A stretch of 63,709 nucleotides of DNA, counting the filler, from Candidatus Nezhaarchaeota archaeon WYZ-LMO8 (GTDB lineage: Archaea > Thermoproteota > Methanomethylicia > Nezhaarchaeales > WYZ-LMO8), in assembly GCA_004347965.1 (NCBI GenBank). It is 4 parts of 3 records of this genome, joined end to end, with 100 filler letters (N's around TTAATTAATTAA, not from the genome) between each part and the next. Parts side by side here need not be neighbours in the genome. Positions count along the whole stretch, not along the records: positions 4,948 to 35,377 come from QNVF01000014.1; 3 more parts are not named here. The stretch is one strand, 5' to 3'. This document shows positions 10,120 to 19,199 of this stretch, piece by piece. Below the pieces are notes generated by a model, which was not told the origin of the DNA, ran no database searches, and saw nothing but the letters and a program-made list of their open reading frames with translations. Each line of letters opens with the position of its first letter. The stretch's first letter is position 1. The position numbers and the translations under genes were made by a program.

Positions 10120-10707
10120 TCAAAGCAGCTGTTGAAGAAGAAGTGGAGTTACGTAAACCTCAATAAAAGCAGCAAGAACCAGGAGAGGCATGACGATCTT
10201 AAAGTAAGCCTTGATACAGGATATTACAACACTACCGATGCTGACGTCCTTCCTGTGAATCCTTCTGACCACGCTCATTCCTATCCCAATCCCTAGAGCA
10301 CAGCTTATCAGTAAAGCTGGGATCTCAAAGACCCCATGGGGCAACAGACCTGTAAGGAGAAAGAGCACACCTTTCTCCTCTGCCACAAAGAAGCCAAGGG
10401 CTCCAAGTATGACGCCATTAATCAGGGCAAAGAGCACTGTTGGTATTGCGAACAAGATCCCCAGTAACATGAATAAAAAGGTTTTAATGAAGTTGTTGAC
10501 CAATATCACTACCGTCAACATGATGGGGGGAAAGCCCGTTAAAGGGCTAAATAGATGCTCCAAATCCTCTACTAAGCTCTTTAAGGAATGAGCTGAGGAA
10601 TAGCCTATAAAAATGCCTAGGAAGAATATCATTGAGCTAATGAGCACTAAGCTCATTCGAATGGGTGTAGTTGGCAGTTTCATATAGGAGATTTGTGGTG
10701 AGAACAT
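10120..10707 (-). CDS. SpoIIM-family (DUF95) integral membrane protein
   Basis: ILVNN, LING, LLPHGVFEIPA and AAFIEVYVTP signature motifs. Confidence 0.9.
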   Translation of the reverse strand: MFSPQISYMKLPTTPIRMSLVLISSMIFFLGIFIGYSSAHSLKSLVEDLEHLFSPLTGFPPIMLTVVILVNNFIKTFLFMLLGILFAIPTVLFALINGVILGALGFFVAEEKGVLFLLTGLLPHGVFEIPALLISCALGIGIGMSVVRRIHRKDVSIGSVVISCIKAYFKIVMPLLVLAAFIEVYVTPLLLQQLL

Positions 10708-10752
10708 AATCTAATTTTCTCCTCCCAACTAAGCGCACTAACATTGTACTTG

Positions 10753-11150
10753 CTAATGGTTAGCCACTTCTCTGCTACTCTCTATTCTCCCATCCCTAAT
10801 GCTATAGACTCTTGTGCATGCATCTACAACTATGGGATCGTGAGTTACTATGATGAATGCCTGGCCATTCTCTTTGTTTAGTCGCCTCACAAGGTTCATT
10901 AGCGACCTTGCCGACTTCGAGTCTAGGTCCCCTGTAGACTCGTCAGTTAAGACTATTGCAGGATTGTTTGCCAAAAGCTCTAGCTATGGCTACCCTCTGT
11001 TGCTCTCCACCACTCAGCTCGTCAGGCTTATGACTTGCTCTAGCTTCCAAACCCACCATCTCAAGAGCTCGAATGCCCCTCCCTTCTCTCGCTTTTTGGT
11101 ACTCCAGCCAACGCCATCGGCAGCTCTACGTTCTCTAGAGCTGTTAAATC
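10753..11150 (-). pseudogene. Truncated, frameshifted LolD/MacB-type ABC ATPase
   Basis: Reads [11 protein letters not shown]...[19 protein letters not shown] / [19 protein letters not shown]...IVTHD across frameshifts near 11080 and 10975; Walker A half and permease partner are absent. Confidence 0.85.
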
Positions 11151-11305
11151 GTGATTTCACTTTAAACAAGCTTTCTTTTTATCACTTGTTGAGCAATCAT
11201 GAATGCCTACATAGGTCGGGAGCCTTTAGACTAGGATAAGAACTATGTGAACGCAAAATTTACATGGTAAAGTTGAGGAGGTCATGCACTAAATGACGTA
11301 CATGG

Positions 11306-12271
11306 TCAACAGTAGTAGAGTATTCTTCCTCTTACCTCAACCTTACTGACTTCACCTTTACGTACTAGATGTTCTAGGTGAGCTATAGTCTCTCCAACAA
11401 TAAACCACTTTTGTATCACAGGTAGCTTGCTTAGATTTTTCTCCTCTATGTCCCAGCTTATGCTCGGTGCAACCTCCCAAGCAGTTTTGGGATGATCTAA
11501 AGCGGACAAAGCTTCCTTAAGTCTCTTCTCGTGATGCACCTTTAGCTCCTCAATTCTCTCCCTCAAATTGATGCCGAAGCCTCTGTGACCGGGAAGTACG
11601 AGCTTGACGTTGAAGGAGAGTAGTTTCTCAAGGCTCTTTAAGTACTCGTTAAGTGGATCTTCAAGCATCGGCATCCAAGATATGTTAGGAGTTATGTCAA
11701 AGAGGACGTGGTCTCCAGAGAACAACACCTTCCTCTCTTCGTCGTATAAGCATATGTGTCCGGGTGTGTGGCCCGGTGTTAAAATGCATCGTAGTGATAC
11801 GTCACCTAGAGTGATGACGTCGCCATCACTAAGTTTTTTAAATTTAAAGTCCCTCCAGTACGTGTACTTTATTCCCGGATGAAGTCTTAGCAGCAGCCCA
11901 GCCTCTTCTTTGGGGAAGCCGTTCATTACGTAAAAGTCTACGAGCTTCTTCCAGTAGTCGTGCGAGCTTCGACGCATTTCCTCAATGCATTCAATCTCTA
12001 TGGAGCTCATAAGTATGGAGTCGGAGAACCTTCCAGCAAGGCCCATATGATCAGCATGAAGGTGTGTAGATAAGAAGAGGGGCTTCTCCACTCTAAGCTC
12101 ATCTAGGGCTAAAGCCAAGGTGTTGTAGCATTCATCAACGTTAAAGCCTGTATCTATTATCAAGCACTCATCTTCGGCTTTTACTATGTACGAGTTTGTA
12201 TATCTAAGTGGATTGTTGGGTAGCGGTACTTTAACTCTGAAAACGCTTGGCACTATCTCTTCAATGAGCAT
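11306..12271 (-). CDS. MBL-fold metallo-hydrolase with C-terminal winged-helix-like domain
   Basis: THLHADH, TPGHTPGH, SGDH and PGH motifs; GETIAHLEHL tail typical of acyl-CoA-catabolism-linked members. Confidence 0.9.
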   Translation of the reverse strand: MLIEEIVPSVFRVKVPLPNNPLRYTNSYIVKAEDECLIIDTGFNVDECYNTLALALDELRVEKPLFLSTHLHADHMGLAGRFSDSILMSSIEIECIEEMRRSSHDYWKKLVDFYVMNGFPKEEAGLLLRLHPGIKYTYWRDFKFKKLSDGDVITLGDVSLRCILTPGHTPGHICLYDEERKVLFSGDHVLFDITPNISWMPMLEDPLNEYLKSLEKLLSFNVKLVLPGHRGFGINLRERIEELKVHHEKRLKEALSALDHPKTAWEVAPSISWDIEEKNLSKLPVIQKWFIVGETIAHLEHLVRKGEVSKVEVRGRILYYC

Positions 12272-12434
12272 GGTAATTGTATGCTTAATTCTGAGGATAT
12301 TAACTTTTTCGACGCCTCATAATCAGCAATACAAGTTGAGTTGTACTCTTCTCCCCCTGACACGAAAATCAGCTAAAAGTCTAGTTGTGTAACCTTAAGA
12401 AGAGAGACGATTCTATAAGAAGTTGTGTGAGATT

Positions 12435-13697
12435 ATGCTTGAGAACGACGCTTTACTGACAGAGGAGGAAGTTAAGCTTCGAGATGAAGTTAAGGAGTTC
12501 GTAGCGACAGTAGACCCAGAACTTCTTAGAAGAATGGATAGGAATGAAGTGGATTATCCATTCGAATTTGTAAGATCTGCAGCTCAGAGAGGTCTATTGG
12601 GCTTGAGGTTTCCGAAGGAATACGGCGGAAGAGGGATGAGCTGGACCGCTGAGGGCGTTGCTATTGAAGAGATAGGGGTTCTAGGTTATGGTATTGGCTG
12701 CGCGTACTCGATGATTAGCATTGTTGGTGAAGCTCTATATCGCTTTGGAAGCGAGTGGCAGAAAGAAAAGTTCCTCAAACCCCTAATAAGAGGGGAGAGA
12801 ATCGCAGCAGAGGGGCTTACAGAGCCTAGAGGAGGCAGCGACTTCTTCGGGACAACAACTAGAGCTGAGAAGAAAGGGAGAGTTTGGGTCCTAAACGGTC
12901 AGAAGAGGTTTATAGCTGGTGGAAAGGTAGCAGACTTCTTTCTGTTATACGCAAGAACTGATCCAAATGCTCCTTCACACAAGGCTTTGACAGCCTTCTT
13001 GGTTGAAAGGGACATGGGCGTAAAAGTGGAGGAGATCTACAATCTACTAGGCTTAAGGGGTATGGGGACGGCTAGAATAGTCCTCAAGGACGTCGAGGTC
13101 CCTGAAGAATATGTGGTAGGAGAAGTGAATGATGCGAGGGAGGTCTTCAATAGAATGATGATACCTGAAAGATTGACCTCAGCAGCTGGAGCTATAGGGC
13201 TTGCAAGAGCTGCTTTAGAAATAGCAATAAAATACTCAGATAAGAGGAAGGCCTTTGGTAGGAAGATTAGAGAGTTTCAAGGAGTTAACTTCATGGTAGC
13301 TGAGGCCGTAACGAAGCTGGATGCTGCAAGAGCTCTAGTTTACACAGCTGCAAGAGCTGTGGACCTCTACGATGCTGGAGTAAATGATCCTCGAAGAATA
13401 GGAGGCGACCCTAGGAAGTTAGTGAGTGAAGCTAAGTACTATGCAACTGAGGTTAGCTGGGAGGTCGTTAACATAGCCATGCAGATCCTAGGTGGAATAG
13501 GTTACACCCAAGTGTACCCAGTTGAAAGAATGCTGAGAGATGCACGCTTAGGTCTCATATGGACTGGGAGCAATGAGATAATGAAGGTCCTAGTCCAGCA
13601 TGAAACCTACAAGTTGATGGGACTACCATCAAGAGAAAGGGATTACGAGAAGGATGCTATGGACTGGTACAAGGAGTGGGAGAAAGTATACGAGTAG
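12435..13697 (+). CDS. Acyl-CoA dehydrogenase
   Basis: LTEPRGGSD, NGQKRFI, RKAFGRKIREFQGV and QILGGIGY motifs; probable ATG at 12435. Confidence 0.95.
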   Translation: MLENDALLTEEEVKLRDEVKEFVATVDPELLRRMDRNEVDYPFEFVRSAAQRGLLGLRFPKEYGGRGMSWTAEGVAIEEIGVLGYGIGCAYSMISIVGEALYRFGSEWQKEKFLKPLIRGERIAAEGLTEPRGGSDFFGTTTRAEKKGRVWVLNGQKRFIAGGKVADFFLLYARTDPNAPSHKALTAFLVERDMGVKVEEIYNLLGLRGMGTARIVLKDVEVPEEYVVGEVNDAREVFNRMMIPERLTSAAGAIGLARAALEIAIKYSDKRKAFGRKIREFQGVNFMVAEAVTKLDAARALVYTAARAVDLYDAGVNDPRRIGGDPRKLVSEAKYYATEVSWEVVNIAMQILGGIGYTQVYPVERMLRDARLGLIWTGSNEIMKVLVQHETYKLMGLPSRERDYEKDAMDWYKEWEKVYE

Positions 13698-13780
13698 AAT
13701 AGATCGAGGACTGCACTAAGATCATATCTTAAGGATCTATGAACTTAAATTAATAAAAAAGAGGTTTAGTGGATAAGTAG

Positions 13781-14062
13781 TTAAACCATTTCCTCTACTT
13801 CTTTTTCACCGGTTTTAAGTTGTAATTCCTGCTCGGTGTCCAGCCTTCTGAGCAATGCTAAGAACTCGCCTACGTGGGTTTTCTCCTCTTTGGCTATATC
13901 CTCAAAAACTCTTTTAACCTTCTCATCACTACATGCTCTAGCAAACTGGAGGTATAAGTTTACAGCGTCGAGCTCAGCTATTATCGCTATCCTAAGGGCT
14001 TCTATCAGCTCTGCGAACGTGAATTTCCTGTTAAGAGGAAGTTCTAAAGGGTTCTTCGCCAT
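13781..14062 (-). CDS. Small ferritin-like protein of the encapsulin-cargo (EncFtn/Flp) type
   Basis: LRIAIIAELDAVNLY and DIAKEEKTHVGEF: a two-helix half-ferritin with an ExxH iron site. Confidence 0.85.
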   Translation of the reverse strand: MAKNPLELPLNRKFTFAELIEALRIAIIAELDAVNLYLQFARACSDEKVKRVFEDIAKEEKTHVGEFLALLRRLDTEQELQLKTGEKEVEEMV

Positions 14063-14271
14063 CAATTAACTACCACCTTCTTAGCCTTTTAATGGGCTTT
14101 GTGATTAACTTTTACCCCGAACCTACGTGTGAATGGTTGTTCGGGTGCTTAAGACCGTGATCCTAATTCTTTTCTGATTTAGAGGGTGAAAGATGTCGCT
14201 TAACATTGAAGACCGGGGTCTACACAAAGGTTTTCTCTTTCCATGCATAAAATATCTTGTAGGTTTTGAAA

Positions 14272-15060
14272 ATGTACAAGATAATACCTCTCAAACAAGC
14301 TGAAATAAGCGTACCACTCAGTCTCGTCATGATGATGGGGGATGCACGAACCATCGTTACAGGTCCAGTTTATGTGTGGGTCATAGATGGACGTGACGAA
14401 AAGATAGTCGTTGATGCTGGGATTCAAGAGCCACATAATGGTCTCGTACAGGGCTACCCGGTAAAAGGTGGTGGAGAGAAGGGGTTGAGAAGTGCCTTAG
14501 AGAAGGCAAATGTAAGGCCGGAGGAAGTAGAAAAGCTGGTGATTACGCATTTACACTTCGACCACGTTGCGAATGCTGGTCTCTTCCACAACGCAAGAAT
14601 CTACGTGCAGAAGAGGGAATGGGATTCAGCTCTAAATCCTCCAATGCATTATCGAAGAACTTATGATAGAAACTTGATTCTTCCACTTGAGGAAATGGAT
14701 CTTTGCTTAGTTGAAGGAGATGTGGAGATAACTGATGGCGTAAAGTTAGTACTTCTCCCTGGTCATACGAAGGGAATGCAAGGAGTGGCTATTGAAACCG
14801 AGAAGGGAAGGTACTTAATAGCAGGAGATCAGTTCTACACTTACTTTAACATCTTTCCTCCAAAGCAGCCATTAGAGCTTACAGACTCTGCAGGCAACAA
14901 AGTTCAGATACCAGCCATTGACCTGCCTTTCCTACCTACGGGACTTCACGTCGACTTAAGTGAGTGGTACAACAGCTGCTTTAAGGCGTTAAGCTATGTG
15001 AGGAGACGAAATATACTTCCAGGCCACGATCCATCTCTTGAGGGATCCACCTTCCCCTAA
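14272..15060 (+). CDS. N-acyl-homoserine-lactonase-like (AiiA/AttM family) MBL hydrolase
   Basis: THLHFDH, PGHT, AGD and PGHD motifs; A.IYVQKREW segment of this family. Confidence 0.85.
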   Translation: MYKIIPLKQAEISVPLSLVMMMGDARTIVTGPVYVWVIDGRDEKIVVDAGIQEPHNGLVQGYPVKGGGEKGLRSALEKANVRPEEVEKLVITHLHFDHVANAGLFHNARIYVQKREWDSALNPPMHYRRTYDRNLILPLEEMDLCLVEGDVEITDGVKLVLLPGHTKGMQGVAIETEKGRYLIAGDQFYTYFNIFPPKQPLELTDSAGNKVQIPAIDLPFLPTGLHVDLSEWYNSCFKALSYVRRRNILPGHDPSLEGSTFP

Positions 15061-15116
15061 TCTTTTTATCTTCTTTCCAACAACATTTATTCTGAAAATT
15101 TAGGAGGAGTGAGAGG

Positions 15117-16559
15117 TTGAGGACATCAGAGGAGTATAAGCAAGACCTGTACAAGATGAAGCCTAACGTGTACATTAGAGGCAATAGGGTGAGAAGAGAT
15201 TCACCAGAGCTAAGTGGAGGGATCTATGTAATTTCTCACACCTTTGATCTCGTGGAGCATCCAGACTATAAGGACCTGCTTGCCGTGACGTCACACTTAA
15301 CTGGGAAGAAGATCAATAGATTCACTCACATAAACCAATCGATGGAGGATTTATTGACAAAACAATTAATGATAAGAAAACTTTGTCAAGTAACAGGCGG
15401 TTGCATTCAACGTTGCATGGGTTGCGATGCAATAAACGCTCTCTCAGTAGCAACTTATGCAGTAGACATGGAGTACGGCACGGACTACCATAAAAGGTTC
15501 ATTAATTATCTAAAGGAGTTTCAAGAGAGGGACTTGGTTGCTGCATGTGCACAGACGGATGTCAAGGGGGATCGTAGTAGGAGACCTCATGAACAGGTAG
15601 ATCCAGATATGTACGTTAGAGTCGTCGAAAAGAGGAGTGATGGAATAATAGTGAGGGGAGCGAAGAACTGCATAACAATGGCTGCTATAGCGGACGAAAT
15701 AATAGTCGTTCCAACGAGGGCTATGACTGAGAAGGACAAGGACTGGAGTGTTGCCTTTGCGATTCCAGCTGATACGGATGGTGTTAAGATCATTGCGAGG
15801 ACGACTCACCTTAGAGCCCCTGAAGGATTAAAGATGCCTCATGCGAACATAGGAGACGACGAGAACATGATAATATTCGACGACGTCTTCGTGCCCTGGG
15901 ATAGAGTATTCATTTGCGGTGAAAACAAATATGCCACTTTGGCTGCACACCTCTTCGCGCTATTTCATAGGCACAGCTACACTGGTTGTAAGCCAGCGAT
16001 GACTGATGTTGTTACGGGGTTTGGAGCCTTAATCGCTGACTACAATGGGGTCTACGATAGGCCTAACATAAGAGAGAGACTTGTAGAGCTTGCAGCTACA
16101 GCAGAGCTTGTATATGCTGCAGGAGTTGCTTCAGCCATTTATGGTCAGAAGACGCCTGCAGGAACATTCATACCCAACGAGGTCTACGCGAACGTGGGTA
16201 GGAGACATGCAGGAATGCACTTTTACAGGGAGCTTGAAATTCTTGCTGAGCTTGCTGGCGGAATATCAGCAACACTCCCCTTCGCAGAAGACTTTCTAAG
16301 TGAAGAGGTGGGACCATACATTAAGAAGTACATCAAGAGAAGAGCGGATGTTCCACCAGAACACGTTTACAGGTGTCTCTATGGGATCTCGAACATCCTT
16401 TGCTCGTCCCTCGGTGGAGTCATGGCGGTAGCAGGTGTGCATGGTGGAGGATCTCCAGTCATGGAGGACATCGCGATTTGGAGAACCTACAACTTCGAGG
16501 AGAAGAAGAACATTGCAAAGTACCTCGTAGGGATCTCTCAAGAACTACCAAAAGTTTAA
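15117..16559 (+). CDS. abfD: 4-hydroxybutyryl-CoA dehydratase / vinylacetyl-CoA isomerase (FAD, [4Fe-4S])
   Basis: CIQRC (Cx3C) and FHRHSYTGCK His/Cys cluster ligands; TDVKGDRS and HGGGS motifs. Confidence 0.85.
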   Translation: MRTSEEYKQDLYKMKPNVYIRGNRVRRDSPELSGGIYVISHTFDLVEHPDYKDLLAVTSHLTGKKINRFTHINQSMEDLLTKQLMIRKLCQVTGGCIQRCMGCDAINALSVATYAVDMEYGTDYHKRFINYLKEFQERDLVAACAQTDVKGDRSRRPHEQVDPDMYVRVVEKRSDGIIVRGAKNCITMAAIADEIIVVPTRAMTEKDKDWSVAFAIPADTDGVKIIARTTHLRAPEGLKMPHANIGDDENMIIFDDVFVPWDRVFICGENKYATLAAHLFALFHRHSYTGCKPAMTDVVTGFGALIADYNGVYDRPNIRERLVELAATAELVYAAGVASAIYGQKTPAGTFIPNEVYANVGRRHAGMHFYRELEILAELAGGISATLPFAEDFLSEEVGPYIKKYIKRRADVPPEHVYRCLYGISNILCSSLGGVMAVAGVHGGGSPVMEDIAIWRTYNFEEKKNIAKYLVGISQELPKV

Positions 16560-16684
16560 TTCCCCTCAAACTTTTTATGTGGATTAAAGTTGGAGAACGA
16601 TATTAGATGAGGTAGTTTTACATTAAACTCACATACTAGAGTACTTGCAAGTATGTTTATATGAATACTAGCATCAAGATATAA

Positions 16685-17962
16685 ATGAGTGGTAAATTGA
16701 TTTCTTCTATAAGAGGTTTGACGGCCTTAGCCATTGTAGCCCTTCTCATTCCTACGCTCAGTAAAGGAATGGTTACTGTAGAAAGTAGTAGTGACGTGGA
16801 GAGCTTTACCCTTTACTTCCTTAATGGTATAGTGGTGTACGACTCATTGATCAACGATACCCTAATTCTAGAGACACCAATAAACATATCCCTTAAAGAT
16901 GGCTTCGAGCAAAAAGTTGTGTACACCATGCAATACAACGTAGTCTTCAACGAGACCATTGGAGCCTACGTATTTAACGCTACAAAGGGTTTTATAGGCT
17001 TCTTCTTAAGCCATGTTGAGCTCCATAGCAGGCATAGAGAGCAAACGTATAGAAGCTTAATGCAAGCTTTATACGATCCTAAATTTACCTCAACATCAAG
17101 ATCTATTGAGATGCCCGAAGAAGTAAGTAGTTACCTGAAGAGCCCATACCTAAAGGTTGTTGAAGTAGTTAGACCGAAGTACGAAGAGTGGTTTAAGGGA
17201 ACCTATGGCTACGATGTTGAGGATGCAGGGCTTTTAGGGATAGCAGCTACAGCTGCTTACTTTGTTCAACACGTCTTCATTCAATACGATCCTAGTGGTA
17301 TACCTAAATCTATCGATGAAGTTGTTGATACAAGGCGTGGCGATTGCGATGACATGTCGAGAGTTCTAGTGGAGTTGCTCAGTACGTACAATATACCGGC
17401 GGTTATCTCCATCGGGTACGTTTACGTTAGCAACTTCAACTTCACAGTGCCAATTGAGAATGTAACCTACAGGTATGTAAACTGTGGACCCCATGCATTC
17501 GTCATGGCGTACATACCTAGTGAAGGATGGCTTTCACTGGACTTTCTCGCCTTCACACTTCTTGCACACCCCTTCATTTGTGAGGGTTATAGTAGGGAAA
17601 CCACAGTTGAAGAAGAGTTGGTTCAAGAGTATTTAAGCCTACATCGATCCCTTAATGCCACCCAAGTAATGATGATTCTGAGTGAAGAGGATCTATTGAA
17701 GCTCTTAGGTGGACCTCTAACACTAGAATCAGTAATGAAGTGCCTTCAGGACATCGTTAAAATTGACGGCATAACCCCCCTTGACTCACTCAAGGAAGCT
17801 AACTCTGAACATAGAGATAAAGAGGAAGCTGGGAAAGTTGATGTAATAATGCCAGGAGTAGAATACATAGTGATAGTCGTCATCACATTACTATCGCTGA
17901 CACTCACGATAATGTTCAGTAAAAGATCAAGTAGATCCGCAAAGGCTTCTACACAGTCTTAA
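16685..17962 (+). CDS. Membrane-anchored extracellular transglutaminase-like cysteine protease
   Basis: N-terminal signal-like segment; GDCDD...HAF...WLSLD Cys-His-Asp triad; C-terminal TM helix followed by a basic tail. Confidence 0.8.
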   Translation: MSGKLISSIRGLTALAIVALLIPTLSKGMVTVESSSDVESFTLYFLNGIVVYDSLINDTLILETPINISLKDGFEQKVVYTMQYNVVFNETIGAYVFNATKGFIGFFLSHVELHSRHREQTYRSLMQALYDPKFTSTSRSIEMPEEVSSYLKSPYLKVVEVVRPKYEEWFKGTYGYDVEDAGLLGIAATAAYFVQHVFIQYDPSGIPKSIDEVVDTRRGDCDDMSRVLVELLSTYNIPAVISIGYVYVSNFNFTVPIENVTYRYVNCGPHAFVMAYIPSEGWLSLDFLAFTLLAHPFICEGYSRETTVEEELVQEYLSLHRSLNATQVMMILSEEDLLKLLGGPLTLESVMKCLQDIVKIDGITPLDSLKEANSEHRDKEEAGKVDVIMPGVEYIVIVVITLLSLTLTIMFSKRSSRSAKASTQS

Positions 17963-18402
17963 GCTTAAGGAGAGTAACAACCATGTCATAAGCATCTTTT
18001 ATGTGCAGCAGTTGTAATAATACAGCGATTCATCATGGTGAAAGTGCCTGTAGGTTAAGGGCTTTAAGACTTGGCTTGCATTCTAAAAGGTCCATCTAAG
18101 TTTTAAGGTTTATTAATCTTCATTAAGAAAAGTTTATTAACCTCCATTCTTAGACAATCCTCCTCTCAAGATTTAAAGGAGATCGTCGTGATGTAGGTAT
18201 TGATAATTGAAGATTAGTCTTGAAGTTCTTGGAACATTTAAAGTGCTTCTAGCTTCATAGCATCTACGCGTAGTAAACAAGTATTACGATGAAGTTATGG
18301 CTTTAAAGCCGATGATCAATGAACTACTGTTCTTTTACTAAAAAGTTTCAACAAACGTTTTATTAAGAGTTAGGCTCTTGAAGATCAAGGTGAAGAAATT
18401 CC

Positions 18403-19056
18403 TTGTCTAAGATTGAGAAGTTCGCTAAAAATTGGGAAAGAGAACTAAAGGAGCCAGCAACATCTAAGATAAGGTCTGCGCTTCTTCCCAGCTCTCCTCT
18501 AAAGTACAAAATTGATTTGACGATGACTAGATTGAAGACTCAAGTAGACAAACTGAATCAAGTGATGACACGACTCATGGAGAAGGAGAGGAAGATTTTT
18601 GATATGGTTGTTGACGCCTACATGAAGCACGATGTGGATAGGGCAACGCTCTACGCTAATGAGCTTGCTGAGCTTAGAAAAATGAGCAAGATAATCCTCT
18701 ACAGCAAGCTATCGCTTGAAAAAGTGCTGTTAAGGCTTGGAACAATAAAGGATGTCGGTGAACTTCTAGTGGCTGTGGCCCCAGTCATAGGCGTTGTGAG
18801 GGCAATTAAGAGTAGCTTAGCAGGAATATTGCCGGGAGCTGAGCAAGAGCTAAACGAATTGAGCTATATCCTCAATAGTTTAGTTACAGAGATAGGTGAA
18901 GCTACCGGGCAGCCACCAACTTTAGAAGCTACTGAGGAGGCTCAGAAGATTTTGGAGGAGGCAATGACCGTAGCTGAACAAAAGATAAAAGAGAAACTAC
19001 CTGAGCTACCTGCATCAGAGACCCCTGTCTCAAATAGAGAGAGGACGAATAAATGA
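18403..19056 (+). CDS. cdvB: ESCRT-III/Snf7-family cell division protein (CdvB paralogue)
   Basis: RATLYANELAELRK and LEKVLLRL motifs; C-terminal EEAQKILEEA...KLPELP (MIM2-like). Confidence 0.88.
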   Translation: MSKIEKFAKNWERELKEPATSKIRSALLPSSPLKYKIDLTMTRLKTQVDKLNQVMTRLMEKERKIFDMVVDAYMKHDVDRATLYANELAELRKMSKIILYSKLSLEKVLLRLGTIKDVGELLVAVAPVIGVVRAIKSSLAGILPGAEQELNELSYILNSLVTEIGEATGQPPTLEATEEAQKILEEAMTVAEQKIKEKLPELPASETPVSNRERTNK

Positions 19057-19199
19057 AAATGTTCTAAACCTAGCTATGGAAATGTGCTTATAGGCAAAGT
19101 AACGTACGTCCTACAACATTAATATTTTTACGAAGTTGAGATAGCAACTGCTTTTTAACACGTATGCTAACAAGCTAATGAGGATGCTTGTCATTCCAC

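Noticed and set aside
15117..16559. AbfD as evidence of an autotrophic HP/HB or DC/HB cycle
   Set aside because: AbfD also occurs in fermentative pathways, and no cycle-specific carboxylases or reductases are visible here.
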